A DNA stretch of 32,000 nucleotides from a cyanobacterium endosymbiont of Braarudosphaera bigelowii. Its GTDB lineage: Bacteria; Cyanobacteriota; Cyanobacteriia; Cyanobacteriales; Microcystaceae. Below, piece by piece: positions 19,769 through 29,457 of the stretch (positions are counted from its first letter, which is position 1; each line of letters begins with the position of its first letter). Both the position numbers and the translations under genes were made by a program. The stretch is taken from assembly GCF_020885515.1 (NCBI RefSeq), contig NZ_AP024987.1, positions 1,110,001 through 1,142,000 of the forward strand, read 5' to 3'. The notes beneath the pieces were generated by a model. The model was not told where the DNA came from. It saw nothing but the letters and a program-made list of their open reading frames with translations, and did not search any database.

Positions 19769-20299
19769 TTAGAGATTTTTCAGTGTTTGAAAATTATCTA
19801 GCATATCTAATGTTTCCTGATAGCAAGTCTTATTTTTTTGTTGATAGCATAATATTTTTGCGGTTTTTAAATCAGTAATTGCCTCCCGTAAATGTCCTAG
19901 CTTATAAGATACATTCGCTCTTGCTATGTATATATCTACCATATTACTATTAAGCCTTATAGCCTTATCAAAATCAGCAATTGCACTTATATTATAGTTA
20001 ATTTTTTCATAAGCAATTCCACGATTGTAATAAGCTTCTATGTCATAAGGACTTAAACGAATAACCTTTGTAAAATCAATAATAGCCTTTAGATAATCTC
20101 CTTGAATACCTTTTTCCATTCCCTTTATCAAGAGATCGTTTAGGGAGTGATTTGAAAGATAATTTTGAGAGATTAGAATGAATTTTGATGTTGGTAGAGA
20201 AACTACAGGATAAATTAAACTAAATGCAGATAAAAACTGCACAAAATATAAAAATAACTTTCTTTTTTTAGATAAATACAACACTGCTTTAATAATCAT
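19769..20299 (-). CDS. TPR-repeat protein with an N-terminal hydrophobic anchor/signal
   Basis: 176 aa. At least three TPR units (GDYLKAIIDFTKVIRLSP.., AYYNRGIAYEKI.NYNISAIADFDKAIRLN, ..YIARANVSYKLGHLREAITDL). The N-terminal segment is LFLYFVQFLSAFSLIYPVV. Confidence 0.7.
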   Translation of the reverse strand: MIIKAVLYLSKKRKLFLYFVQFLSAFSLIYPVVSLPTSKFILISQNYLSNHSLNDLLIKGMEKGIQGDYLKAIIDFTKVIRLSPYDIEAYYNRGIAYEKINYNISAIADFDKAIRLNSNMVDIYIARANVSYKLGHLREAITDLKTAKILCYQQKNKTCYQETLDMLDNFQTLKNL

Positions 20300-20621
20300 T
20301 AGTTTAGCTATTGGTATAACAAAATTTTTAATTAATCGGCAAGCTTTTAGCTTTTTATCTTTTGTTTATTTCGACTATAAAGAAAAAGTTTTATGATAAG
20401 AAAAGATAAGTTATGAATGTTCTTATTTATATAAAGAAACTATCTGTATAGATAAGAATTTTAATTTCCATATCTATAATTTACTCAAATTAATGCTTCA
20501 TTACTTTATTCAACAGGAGATATAAAAATCATTGTTAATTTTTGATTTTTCATGGTTATCAGAAATGATTAGTTCCGGTAATATTATTTTTCCAATAAAG
20601 CAAAAAATCTTAATCTTCTTT

Positions 20622-22094
20622 ATGATGCAAATTTCATTGTTTAGACAGTTTCGCTGGATATCATTGATTCTAATCACTATTTTATTTATTGTTTTGATTG
20701 TTCGACTACCAGCAACAGCTAAAACTCCAACAGATTATAAAGAATTAGAATTTCCTTCTTTATCCAACATCACTTTACCCGATTATGAGCGTTATGAATT
20801 AGATAACGGAATGGTAGTGTATCTAATGGAGGACCATCAGTTACCTTTAATTAAAGGTAATGCATTAATTAAAGTGGGATCACGCATTGAGCCACAAGAA
20901 AAAATTGGGTTAGCGGAAATTACTGGATCTATGATGCGTCTGGGGGGGACAGTGGACCATTCCGCTGGTGAATTAAATGAACTTTTAGAACAGAGAGCGG
21001 CAAAAATTGAAGTCAGTATTAATACGCATTCAGGAAATGCAGCATTTAATTCTTTAAGTAAGGATATTGAGATTGTATTTGATCTCTTTTCTCAAGTTTT
21101 AAAACAACCAGCTTTTGATTCCCAGCAATTAACCCTGACTAAAACTCAGTTGCAAGGACAAATTGCTCGTCGTAATGATAATCCAGGAGATATTGCCAAC
21201 AGAGAACTACACAAGCTTGTTTATGGAGAAGGTAGTCCTTATGCTCGTACTATAGAGTATGATACTTTAAATAACATTAATTTGAATGATGTTGTTTCTT
21301 TTCATCAAAAATATATTCGTCCAGAAAGTCTTATTTTGGGGATCGTAGGAGATTTTGATTCTAAAGAAATCAAACAATTAATTCAAAATAAGTTTGGAAA
21401 TTGGAAATCTTCTACTATAAAGCCTGAGATAAAAATTTCTCAAGCCCATCAAGCTAAAAAAGATGAATTATTTTTTGTTGATCAGCCTCACTTAAACCAA
21501 AGTAATGTATTGCTAGGACATTTAGGAGGTAAGTTAGATAGTCCAGATTATCCAGCCTTAAGTGTTATAAATGGTTTACTGAATGGTTTTGGAGGACGTT
21601 TATTTAATAATCTACGTTCTCGCCAAGGACTAGCTTATACCGTGTATGGATACTGGAATGCAGCTTACGATTATCCAGGAATTTTTCTAGCTGGCGGTCA
21701 AACTTCTTCTGAAACAACAGTACAGTTTATAAAATCTCTAATGACGGAAATAGAGTTGCTTAGAGACCAACCTATAGAAAGTGATGAATTAGCATATGCA
21801 AAAGAATCTATTCTTAATTCCTTTGTATTCAAATTTGAAAATCCTAGTCAAACTCTATCTCGTTTATTAACTTACGAATATTATGACTATCCGGAGGACT
21901 TTATTTTCAAATATCAGGATGGAATTAAAAAAACTACTATAGAAGATATTCAGAGAGTTGCTAAAGAATATTTAAAACCAGAAAATACAGTAATCTTAGT
22001 AGTAGGCAATAAAGAAAATATTTATTCTTCTCTTACTAAGCTAAAGAAAAATATAAACAATATTGATGTTACTATTCCTAATTCGAATAAATAA
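20622..22094 (+). CDS. Peptidase M16 (pitrilysin/insulinase) family homologue lacking the HxxEH zinc motif; signal/anchor at the N-terminus
   Basis: The listed ORF starts at a TTG (20532). I prefer the ATG-ATG at 20622/20625, which gives MMQISLFRQFRWISLILITILFIVLIVRLPATA. Two M16 halves are recognisable (..GSRIEP..K.GLAE....M...GGT.. and ..RLF..LR...GLAYTVY..). The position of HxxEH reads EITGS. Confidence 0.78.
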   Translation: MMQISLFRQFRWISLILITILFIVLIVRLPATAKTPTDYKELEFPSLSNITLPDYERYELDNGMVVYLMEDHQLPLIKGNALIKVGSRIEPQEKIGLAEITGSMMRLGGTVDHSAGELNELLEQRAAKIEVSINTHSGNAAFNSLSKDIEIVFDLFSQVLKQPAFDSQQLTLTKTQLQGQIARRNDNPGDIANRELHKLVYGEGSPYARTIEYDTLNNINLNDVVSFHQKYIRPESLILGIVGDFDSKEIKQLIQNKFGNWKSSTIKPEIKISQAHQAKKDELFFVDQPHLNQSNVLLGHLGGKLDSPDYPALSVINGLLNGFGGRLFNNLRSRQGLAYTVYGYWNAAYDYPGIFLAGGQTSSETTVQFIKSLMTEIELLRDQPIESDELAYAKESILNSFVFKFENPSQTLSRLLTYEYYDYPEDFIFKYQDGIKKTTIEDIQRVAKEYLKPENTVILVVGNKENIYSSLTKLKKNINNIDVTIPNSNK

Positions 22095-22105
22095 TTAAAT
22101 TATTG

Positions 22106-22141
22106 ATTTGATGTGATTTTATGATTAAGATCACATCAAAT
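22106..22141 (+). terminator. Hairpin 12 nt after the M16 gene stop; a second overlapping hairpin sits at 22140-22168
   Basis: atttgatgtgat / atcacatcaaat is a perfect 12-bp stem (22106-22117 / 22130-22141). It extends inward by G-U plus 3 bp to a 4-nt loop. A second 9-bp stem, atgttgatt / aatcaacat, follows at 22140-22148 / 22160-22168. The T-tract is weak. Confidence 0.45.
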
Positions 22142-22330
22142 GTTGATTTATAGAAAAACAATCAACATGTTCCATTATATAATTTCATTTAAAAATATAT
22201 GTTTAAAATTTATTCTTGCTGAGAAACCATAAGTGGGTTTTAATTTTTAGCATATGGGAAATTTATCATAACTTGAAAGTATATTGTATTTTCCTAAAGT
22301 CATATGATTATTTTTTTTGTTAATAATTAA

Positions 22331-22369
22331 AAAAACAAAAAGAGGGTTAAAAAGCCTCTTTTTGTTTTT
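22331..22369. terminator. Bidirectional intrinsic terminator downstream of ndhF
   Basis: aaaaacaaaaagagg / cctctttttgttttt is a perfect 15-bp complementarity (22331-22345 / 22355-22369) with a 9-nt loop. This is a GAGG/CCTC core flanked by an A-tract and a T-tract, the canonical layout. It lies 24 nt from the ndhF stop (22394). Confidence 0.7.
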
Positions 22370-22393
22370 GAAAACATTGAAATCCGGTTATTT

Positions 22394-24427
22394 TCAAGTT
22401 GCGCTGGAAACAATTACAAATCCTAAAACTGCCCCAAAAAGAACTAGGGCATAGAATTGAACTCTTCCACTTTCAAAATACTTTAGACCTTCTCCACTAA
22501 CTAAAGTTGCTAATCCTGTAAAGTTAACAACTCCATCAATAACTCGATAATCAACCTCCATAATTTGACGAGCTAATCGGCGACATCCTATTACAAAAAC
22601 TTGATTATATACATCATCGAAATACCATTTATTTAAAGAAAATTGGTATAAAGTAGGAATTTTTTCGGCAATAGTATTTGGATCAATTTTATGTTTTAAA
22701 TACATTAAAAATGCTACTACAATACCAATACTTGCTATTCCAACTGAAGCCCCAGCCATAATAGTAAATTCAGTCCAATCAAAATGAACTAATTTTTCAA
22801 CAACTTCTCCAGGAGCATGAATAAAATTCTCAAAGTTATTATTCCAAGGCCTGCCTAATAAGCCAATAGCTGTTGAAGGAATAGCTAAGGTTAACAACGG
22901 TAAGGTCATTGTTAAAGGAGATTCATGAGGCAAACTGTTACTACTATGATCGTGATTAGTAGAATGATGCTCTAATTCCTCATCTTCAGTAGCTTTTGTC
23001 TCTAAAGTGGCAGTAGATAATAATCTTGTGCGAATTGTCATATCATTTCCTTTAAAATTACCTTCAAAAGTCATGAAATACATTCTAAACATGTAAAAAG
23101 CTGTTATTCCTGCTGTTAACCATCCAACCAACCATAAAAAAGGATTTGATTGATAAGCTAATCCTAATATTTCATCCTTAGACCAAAAACCAGCAAATGG
23201 AGGAATACCACAAATAGCAAGGGTGCCGACTAAAAAGGCTAAAGATGTGAGAGGCATATACTTCCTAAGACCCCCCATCAAGCGCATATCTTGAGCTAAT
23301 ACAGCATTATGTCCTACAACATTTTCCATACCATGGATAACAGATCCAGAGCATAAGAACAACATGGCTTTAAAGTAAGCATGAGTCATCAAATGAAATA
23401 GCCCAGCACTATAAGCACCAATACCCATTGCCATAACCATATAACCTAGTTGAGACATGGTTGAATAAGCTAATCCCTTTTTAATATCATTTTGAGTGAT
23501 CGCAATAGTTGCCCCTATAAAAGAAGTTACTGCCCCTGTCCAAGCTATTATTGTCATCAATGTAGGAATATGCTCAAATACTGGATACATTCTCGCCACT
23601 AAGAATACTCCTGCTGCTACCATAGTTGCTGCATGGATAAGAGCAGAAATTGGCGTAGGTCCTTCCATAGCATCAGGCAGCCAAACATGAAGTGGAAACT
23701 GAGCTGATTTTGCAACTGGCCCCAAAAATACAAGTATTCCAAATATTGTAATGAGCATGGGAGAAATCATATCTGAAGAGATTAATTCTTCTAAACGTTG
23801 TCCCATTAAATCAAACTCAAAAGTTCGTGTTGCCCAATATAGACCTAGCATACCTAAAAGTAAACCAAAATCTCCGACACGATTAGTGACAAAGGCCTTT
23901 TGACAAGCATTGGCAGCTCCTGGACGGTCAAACCAAAAACCAATTAGTAAATAAGAAGACATACCTACTAGTTCCCAGAAAACATAAATTTGTACTAAAT
24001 TAGGACTGATGACTAATCCCAACATAGAAGCACTAAAAATACTTAAATAAGCATAAAAACGTACATATCCTGGATCATGGGCCATATAACCATCTGTGTA
24101 GATCATTACCAAAAAAGCTACAGTAGTTACAATGACACACATGAGAGAGCTGAGGTGGTCAAGTGTATAACCCATTTCTAAGTGAAATTTTCCGGATGCA
24201 GCCCATTCGAACATCTGGGAATATTCCCCATGACCTTGAATTTGACTCCATAGAAGAGCAAATGATAAAACCATGGATGTGCCTATTAGAGAAATAATGA
24301 TTGCTGCATTGATTTGTCTAAGGCTATTGGTAACTTGATTGAAGGTGATTAAACCCAAGCCAACTATTATTGCCCCTAAAAGAGGTAAAGTGGGAATTAG
24401 CCAGGCGTATTGATAAAGGGGTTCCAT
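22394..24427 (-). CDS. ndhF: NAD(P)H-quinone oxidoreductase (NDH-1) subunit 5, NdhF1 type
   Basis: 677 aa polytopic membrane protein. N-terminus MEPLYQYAWLIPTLPLLGA. Blocks WELVGMSSYLLIGFW, FPLHVWLPDAMEGPTPISALIHAATMVAAGVFL, and AYSTMSQLGYM are NuoL/ND5/NdhF signatures. Confidence 0.93.
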   Translation of the reverse strand: MEPLYQYAWLIPTLPLLGAIIVGLGLITFNQVTNSLRQINAAIIISLIGTSMVLSFALLWSQIQGHGEYSQMFEWAASGKFHLEMGYTLDHLSSLMCVIVTTVAFLVMIYTDGYMAHDPGYVRFYAYLSIFSASMLGLVISPNLVQIYVFWELVGMSSYLLIGFWFDRPGAANACQKAFVTNRVGDFGLLLGMLGLYWATRTFEFDLMGQRLEELISSDMISPMLITIFGILVFLGPVAKSAQFPLHVWLPDAMEGPTPISALIHAATMVAAGVFLVARMYPVFEHIPTLMTIIAWTGAVTSFIGATIAITQNDIKKGLAYSTMSQLGYMVMAMGIGAYSAGLFHLMTHAYFKAMLFLCSGSVIHGMENVVGHNAVLAQDMRLMGGLRKYMPLTSLAFLVGTLAICGIPPFAGFWSKDEILGLAYQSNPFLWLVGWLTAGITAFYMFRMYFMTFEGNFKGNDMTIRTRLLSTATLETKATEDEELEHHSTNHDHSSNSLPHESPLTMTLPLLTLAIPSTAIGLLGRPWNNNFENFIHAPGEVVEKLVHFDWTEFTIMAGASVGIASIGIVVAFLMYLKHKIDPNTIAEKIPTLYQFSLNKWYFDDVYNQVFVIGCRRLARQIMEVDYRVIDGVVNFTGLATLVSGEGLKYFESGRVQFYALVLFGAVLGFVIVSSAT

Positions 24428-25088
24428 ACCGTAATGCCTAAGTTATTTGTTTTTGTATTTAGTTAATAACGTTAGCTTTTCGGTTAAGGGCTTCTTTAAG
24501 AAATTTACAACCCCTCTGTACTGAATAAATAGTATCAAATACAAGACTATGTTGAAAGAGATAATTTATAATTTCTCTCTCTGTAAGTCTTTTTGATTTA
24601 AATTTCTATTAATTGGCCAATAACCTATAAGATAACAAACTTAATTAAGGTACCTCTCTACACGCTGTTCAACTTAAAATGAAGTATTGAACCATATAGA
24701 TATGTGAGGACACTATACTTTTATGATCTTAGCAAAAATGTGTAGAACTCATCAAATCTTAAAAAATCTAGTAGATATGAAAATCAAAAGTTTCCTACCT
24801 ATCTCATAAACGTTATGCCCTCAGATTAAAATAGAGGTATTTTATAGTTGATATTATTTTAACTTCAGTTTTTTATGAACATATAGTCTATTTAGGTAGT
24901 GAAGTTGAATAAATGAGTTTTTTTATAATTTAAATAAAATGATTCCGGCAATAGATGAGCATCTGCTACTATATTCACTGTATTCTTAAGATTAACAAAA
25001 AAATAATTTAGCTTTTAATTCTCAATATGATACTAATAATAAGAATTCAGCTTTATTTTATTCATACTTTTAAGTACAGCAAAATAAT

Positions 25089-26534
25089 ATGACATCTATT
25101 CGTAAACTTCACCAACAATTAATTAATAAAGATAGAACTGCAGTTGAGATTACAACAGAAGCATTAGAAAGAATCGAAGCAGTTGATTCAAAAGTTAAAA
25201 GTTTTCTACACATAACAGCTGATTATGCCCTATCAAAAGCTAAACAAATTGATAATAAAATTGCTAATAAGGAGGAAATAGGAATTTTATCAGGTATTCC
25301 TGTTGGAGTTAAAGACAACATGATTACTTCTGGAATCACTACCACCTGTGGCTCTAAGATTTTAGAAAATTTTGTTCCTTCTTATGAATCTACTGTAACC
25401 CAAAAACTTCAAAATGCTGGAGCTATTATGGTAGGAAAGACTAATTTAGATGAGTTTGCAATGGGAAGTTCTACAGAAAACTCTGGCTATCAAGTCACTG
25501 CAAATCCTTGGGATTTGTCTAGAGTTCCTGGTGGTTCTTCGGGTGGTTCTGCCGCAGCTGTAGCAGCTGCAGAATGCTTAATCTCTATAGGTTCGGATAC
25601 TGGAGGTTCTATTCGTCAGCCTGCAGCTTTATGTGGTGTGGTCGGACTAAAACCAACTTATGGATTAGTTTCTAGGTTTGGACTGGTCGCTTATGCTTCA
25701 TCCCTAGATCAAGTTGGACCATTTGCCCGCAGTGTAGAAGACACTGCTATCGTGCTAGGAACTATTGCTGGCTATGACTGTAAGGATTCTACTAGCCTTA
25801 AAGTTACAGTACCAGACTATACTCGATTCCTCAAACCTTCATTAAAAGGGCTAACAATTGGAGTAATTGAAGAAACTTTTATGGAAGGAGTAGAACAAGA
25901 GGTTAGTAATATTGTCCAAAATGCAATTAATCACCTAAAAACATTAGGTGCAAAGATTGTAAGTGTTTCTTGTCCTAGTTTCCGTTATGGTCTACCTGCT
26001 TATTATATCATAGCTCCTGCTGAAGCCTCATCAAACTTAGCACGTTATGATGCAGTCAAATATGGATTAAGAACAAAATCAAATACTCTAGCGGATATGT
26101 ATACTAGTACTAGATCCCAAGGCTTTGGCGCAGAAGTAAAAAGACGTATTATGCTAGGTACTTATACGCTATCTACAGGATATTATGATGCATACTACCT
26201 TAAAGCTCAAAAAGTGAGAACCTTGATTAAGAAAGATTTTGATATTAACTTTGAGAAAGTAGATGTTTTAGTATGTCCAACATCTCCGACAACAGCTTTT
26301 AAGGCCGGTGAAAAAATATCTGAACCTTTAAATATGTATTTATCTGATTTAATGACTATCCCCGTGAACTTAGCTGGATTACCTGGAATGAGTATTCCGT
26401 GTGGATTTGATAAAAAAGGTTTACCTGTTGGATTACAACTAATTGGCAATATTCTTGAAGAAGGAAAACTTTTTCAAGTAGGTTATGCTTATGAACAATC
26501 TACACCATGGCATAATTTGTCACCTCAGTTATAG
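25089..26534 (+). CDS. gatA: Glutamyl-tRNA(Gln) amidotransferase subunit A
   Basis: 481 aa. Amidase signature [13 protein letters not shown]..........[38 protein letters not shown], and a typical GatA N-terminus (..LHQQL....). Confidence 0.93.
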   Translation: MTSIRKLHQQLINKDRTAVEITTEALERIEAVDSKVKSFLHITADYALSKAKQIDNKIANKEEIGILSGIPVGVKDNMITSGITTTCGSKILENFVPSYESTVTQKLQNAGAIMVGKTNLDEFAMGSSTENSGYQVTANPWDLSRVPGGSSGGSAAAVAAAECLISIGSDTGGSIRQPAALCGVVGLKPTYGLVSRFGLVAYASSLDQVGPFARSVEDTAIVLGTIAGYDCKDSTSLKVTVPDYTRFLKPSLKGLTIGVIEETFMEGVEQEVSNIVQNAINHLKTLGAKIVSVSCPSFRYGLPAYYIIAPAEASSNLARYDAVKYGLRTKSNTLADMYTSTRSQGFGAEVKRRIMLGTYTLSTGYYDAYYLKAQKVRTLIKKDFDINFEKVDVLVCPTSPTTAFKAGEKISEPLNMYLSDLMTIPVNLAGLPGMSIPCGFDKKGLPVGLQLIGNILEEGKLFQVGYAYEQSTPWHNLSPQL

Positions 26535-26587
26535 AAGTTAATTAGAGATAAAAACTTTATATAATGTTTTACTTCAACTAAACAAAC

Positions 26588-27751
26588 TTATCGATAAACA
26601 GGTAAAGTAAAGTGAAAGCAACTTCCTTGACCGAGCACACTATCTACCCAAATTTGTCCATAATGAACGCGGATGATTTTACGACATAAAGATAGGCCTA
26701 GTCCATAACCTTCTTTACCTTGATCTCTTTGTAGCCGAAAATGTCCTTCAAAGATTCTTTCTTCCTTTTCTTTAGGAATACCTGGTCCAGTATCAGAAAT
26801 GCTTACTTGCACTTTTTGACTAGTACGATGAAGAATTGATAGAGTAACTTGGCCATTTTCTGGTGTATATTTAATTGCATTATCTAATAAATTAATAACA
26901 ACCTGGCGAATCAATTCTTCATCTGCATACACACCTGGTATATCTTCAGGGATATCTTGTGTTAGATTTATCGATTTTTCTTTAAGTAAATTAACATATC
27001 GTCTAAAAATTCCTCTAAATAGATGAGACAAGAAAACTTCTGTACGTTCTACTTTCAATTCACCGTTAATACTTTTTGATGCCTGTAGAATATCAGTGAT
27101 TAGGCGATTCATAATTTGCAGCTGATTATGTATTTGAGAAAATAATTGCTTTTTAAGTTTTATATAACGTTCATTAATTTCTTTGTCTTGAACTATTTCT
27201 AAAGTATCTATAGCTATAGAGGTAGCAGTAAGAGGACTACGTAAATCATGGGCTAACATAGCTAAAACCTGATCTTTAAAGTTTAGTTGATCTAACAAGT
27301 CTTTTTTTTCTTTTTTTAGACGAAAAACTTCATCAGACAAGCGTATAAGTTCTGCTGAATATTCAATTAGACCAATTTTAGAAACAGTACTTTTCTCTAT
27401 TTGATAATTACTATGCTTTCTTTCTAATAAAGATTTCCATTGAGGCCACCATTTTTCTAATTGGCTAATTAAATTACTTCCGGCCAAAATTTGTTTTTGT
27501 CCTGGTGATACTTTTACAAGTGCAGGGGTGGCAACTAGCCGAAAATGTTCTACAAGATGAGGTTGCTTACGAATTTCAATTACTTCTAACTGACATGGAC
27601 AACTCTTTTTAATGATTTCAATATAGTCTCTTATTAATCTCACATACTCACTAGAACTAGGACGTTCATCTACAAACAATAATAACTGGATAGACATAGG
27701 AATGAAGTAATCATTTTCAGTATTTATTCTATATTTCAATGTCTTTACCAC
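26588..27751 (-). CDS. sasA: Adaptive-response sensor histidine kinase SasA (KaiB-like N-terminal domain plus HisKA/HATPase)
   Basis: The N-terminal block SIQLLLFVDERP......I.......CP..LEVIEI..QP.LVEHFRLVATPALVKV.PG..Q.LAGS.L..QL..WWPQW is the SasA thioredoxin/KaiB-like fold. H-box LAHDLRSPLT, N-box LLDNAIKYT, G-boxes DTGPGI and GYGLGL. The listed start is GTG (27751). The ATG at 27697 (MSIQLLLF) is an equally plausible start. Confidence 0.88.
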   Translation of the reverse strand: MVKTLKYRINTENDYFIPMSIQLLLFVDERPSSSEYVRLIRDYIEIIKKSCPCQLEVIEIRKQPHLVEHFRLVATPALVKVSPGQKQILAGSNLISQLEKWWPQWKSLLERKHSNYQIEKSTVSKIGLIEYSAELIRLSDEVFRLKKEKKDLLDQLNFKDQVLAMLAHDLRSPLTATSIAIDTLEIVQDKEINERYIKLKKQLFSQIHNQLQIMNRLITDILQASKSINGELKVERTEVFLSHLFRGIFRRYVNLLKEKSINLTQDIPEDIPGVYADEELIRQVVINLLDNAIKYTPENGQVTLSILHRTSQKVQVSISDTGPGIPKEKEERIFEGHFRLQRDQGKEGYGLGLSLCRKIIRVHYGQIWVDSVLGQGSCFHFTLPVYR

Positions 27752-28353
27752 TGAAATCCAAAATCATATATGTGTTAATTGAGAATAATAATTAAAAAAA
27801 AGTTTTCATTAACTAATTTATGTTTCGTACTTAAAAATAATTAATCATTTTTTATATTAGACTGTAATTGTAAAAACTTCACTGATAAATTATTTGTCTT
27901 ATAGTAAATTTGCTAAAAACTATTTTCTATATTCATTTCTATTTAGTACTACGTAATTTTTAAAAAGAAATAAAACAATCAAGATACAGATAGGAAAACA
28001 AGACAGCATAAATAAGAAAACTATTATGTTTATTAATATTTGTATATTTTTCTAAAAATTAGATCTTTTATTAGAATCAATTTTATTTATAATATGAGAT
28101 TCATATGAATTATCTAGTTACTAAAAAAATATAGCGCAGAAAATTATTTATCTCTGCACTATAATATTAAAAACTAATGAGCCATGACTTCTAAAGAAGA
28201 ATTATTGAACTTATTTAGAGAAAAACTTACCATTAGTTAACAGGAGAATTTACTAAAGTTAGTAAATACTTTTCAAAGTAATAAATATTTAATTAATAAC
28301 TTTAAGTAAATAACTGATGATGACAATTTATTGTTTATGTTTATCAGTTTAAA

Positions 28354-28665
28354 TTAGTTACTACCACTAAATGTTACTTCTAAGAATTTAGCCTGAGCTT
28401 CCTTCATAGTAATACTTTTTCCTTGATTACGAAGGTCTTGCCAATAATTAATGACTTCTGTTGCCTTATTTAAGACTTCAATTCTTTCTGTTTCTAAGAT
28501 CCAATGCTTTGCTTCTAGTTCATTTTTTAACTCTTGCCAAGCATTATTACGTGGCCAAAAGAAATAAGCAGTTAAAGGACTGGTTCCTTTTCCGACAATT
28601 TGATCAACGGCGATGGCTACATTAGCATCTAACCAAAGAACTTTTAATATAAATCTAGGCTCCAA
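28354..28665 (-). CDS. ycf65: Ycf65 / plastid-specific 30S ribosomal protein 3 (PSRP-3) homologue
   Basis: 103 aa. [50 protein letters not shown]...[17 protein letters not shown] is the Ycf65 core. TTG start preceded by GGAGG. Confidence 0.85.
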   Translation of the reverse strand: MEPRFILKVLWLDANVAIAVDQIVGKGTSPLTAYFFWPRNNAWQELKNELEAKHWILETERIEVLNKATEVINYWQDLRNQGKSITMKEAQAKFLEVTFSGSN

Positions 28666-28670
28666 TTACG

Positions 28671-28675
28671 CCTCC
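28671..28675 (-). promoter_or_regulatory. Shine-Dalgarno GGAGG for ycf65
   Basis: The minus strand reads GGAGGcgtaaTTG. A perfect GGAGG lies 5 nt upstream of the TTG start, inside a short GC-rich patch (28666-28690) in an otherwise AT-rich spacer. Confidence 0.55.
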
Positions 28676-29457
28676 GGTGGGTAGACTGCACAAATATTTT
28701 AAATATGAGACCCTTTATTATAACTTATTTAGAGTAAATTTTACTATTAAACAGAACAAAGATTTTATAGTAATGGTTAAACAACAAGTACAGTAATTCA
28801 TTATTTTTATAAATTTTCCTGTTTAGTAGCTTTTAATTAAAAAAAATCAAAGTATTAACAGATATAATGATTAGTTATATATCTTAAACAAGAAATAAAA
28901 TCTATACTATTCTAGTTAATATAAATAAGTACATATCTCAACTTAATGTTATCAGTTTCACCAGGTTAATATCTTTTTTTAAATTATTTTATAACTTTAA
29001 TTAAGCTTGCTTAAGCAGATCAATTAAGGAGTAACTATACAAAAATTACCTTACCAATAAAAACATTACATAATTTTGATTTACTTATTTTGTATGATAG
29101 GACTATTTAATCATAATAGTTATTTAATAAATGAAGATTTTAACTACTAAAATTTTTAAAAATCAGATCTAAGAAACTAGACTTTATAAAGTTTACTTGA
29201 CAAAGAACATACAGTCTTTGTCTTTAGACCTAAAATGTTTTATAGTTATTCATTTTTATCTATTTTTTGTTACAATTTTCTTAATCTCATTTGTTTTGTA
29301 GATAACTATAGTTTTTAATATTATTAACTTACAAAAGGAAAAAGAAATGTTTTATACTTTTGACGTAATTACTTCAACTAAAAAATATAGTACTTGATAA
29401 CTTCTACTTGTTACTTTTTTGTTTGAGAAAATACTTAACTGCTAGAAAAATATATAA

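Noticed and set aside
19687-19878. 63-aa plus-strand ORF between accA and the TPR gene, overlapping the TPR gene's 3' end
   Set aside because: The peptide is AT-driven (F/L/K/N-rich) and has no motif. It overlaps the better-supported TPR gene.
20532-20621. Upstream TTG start for the M16 homologue, as listed in the ORF track
   Set aside because: The extra 30 residues (LIFDFSWLSEMISSGNIIFPIKQKILIFF) look like translated spacer. The tandem ATG at 20622/20625 yields a normal signal/anchor N-terminus.
23496-23690. 64-aa plus-strand ORF inside ndhF
   Set aside because: It is an antisense shadow of ndhF.
25027-25092. 21-codon upstream ORF whose TGA overlaps the gatA ATG (ATGA)
   Set aside because: The peptide ([21 protein letters not shown]) is pure AT-bias sequence, it has no SD, and similar mini-ORFs occur throughout the spacers. 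It is probably chance.
26207-26449. 80-aa minus-strand ORF inside gatA
   Set aside because: It is an antisense shadow of gatA.
29197-29202. Perfect TTGACA -35 hexamer in the ycf65/orphan spacer
   Set aside because: No acceptable TAnnnT -10 lies at 16-18 nt spacing. Promoter hexamers cannot be called reliably by eye in DNA this AT-rich.
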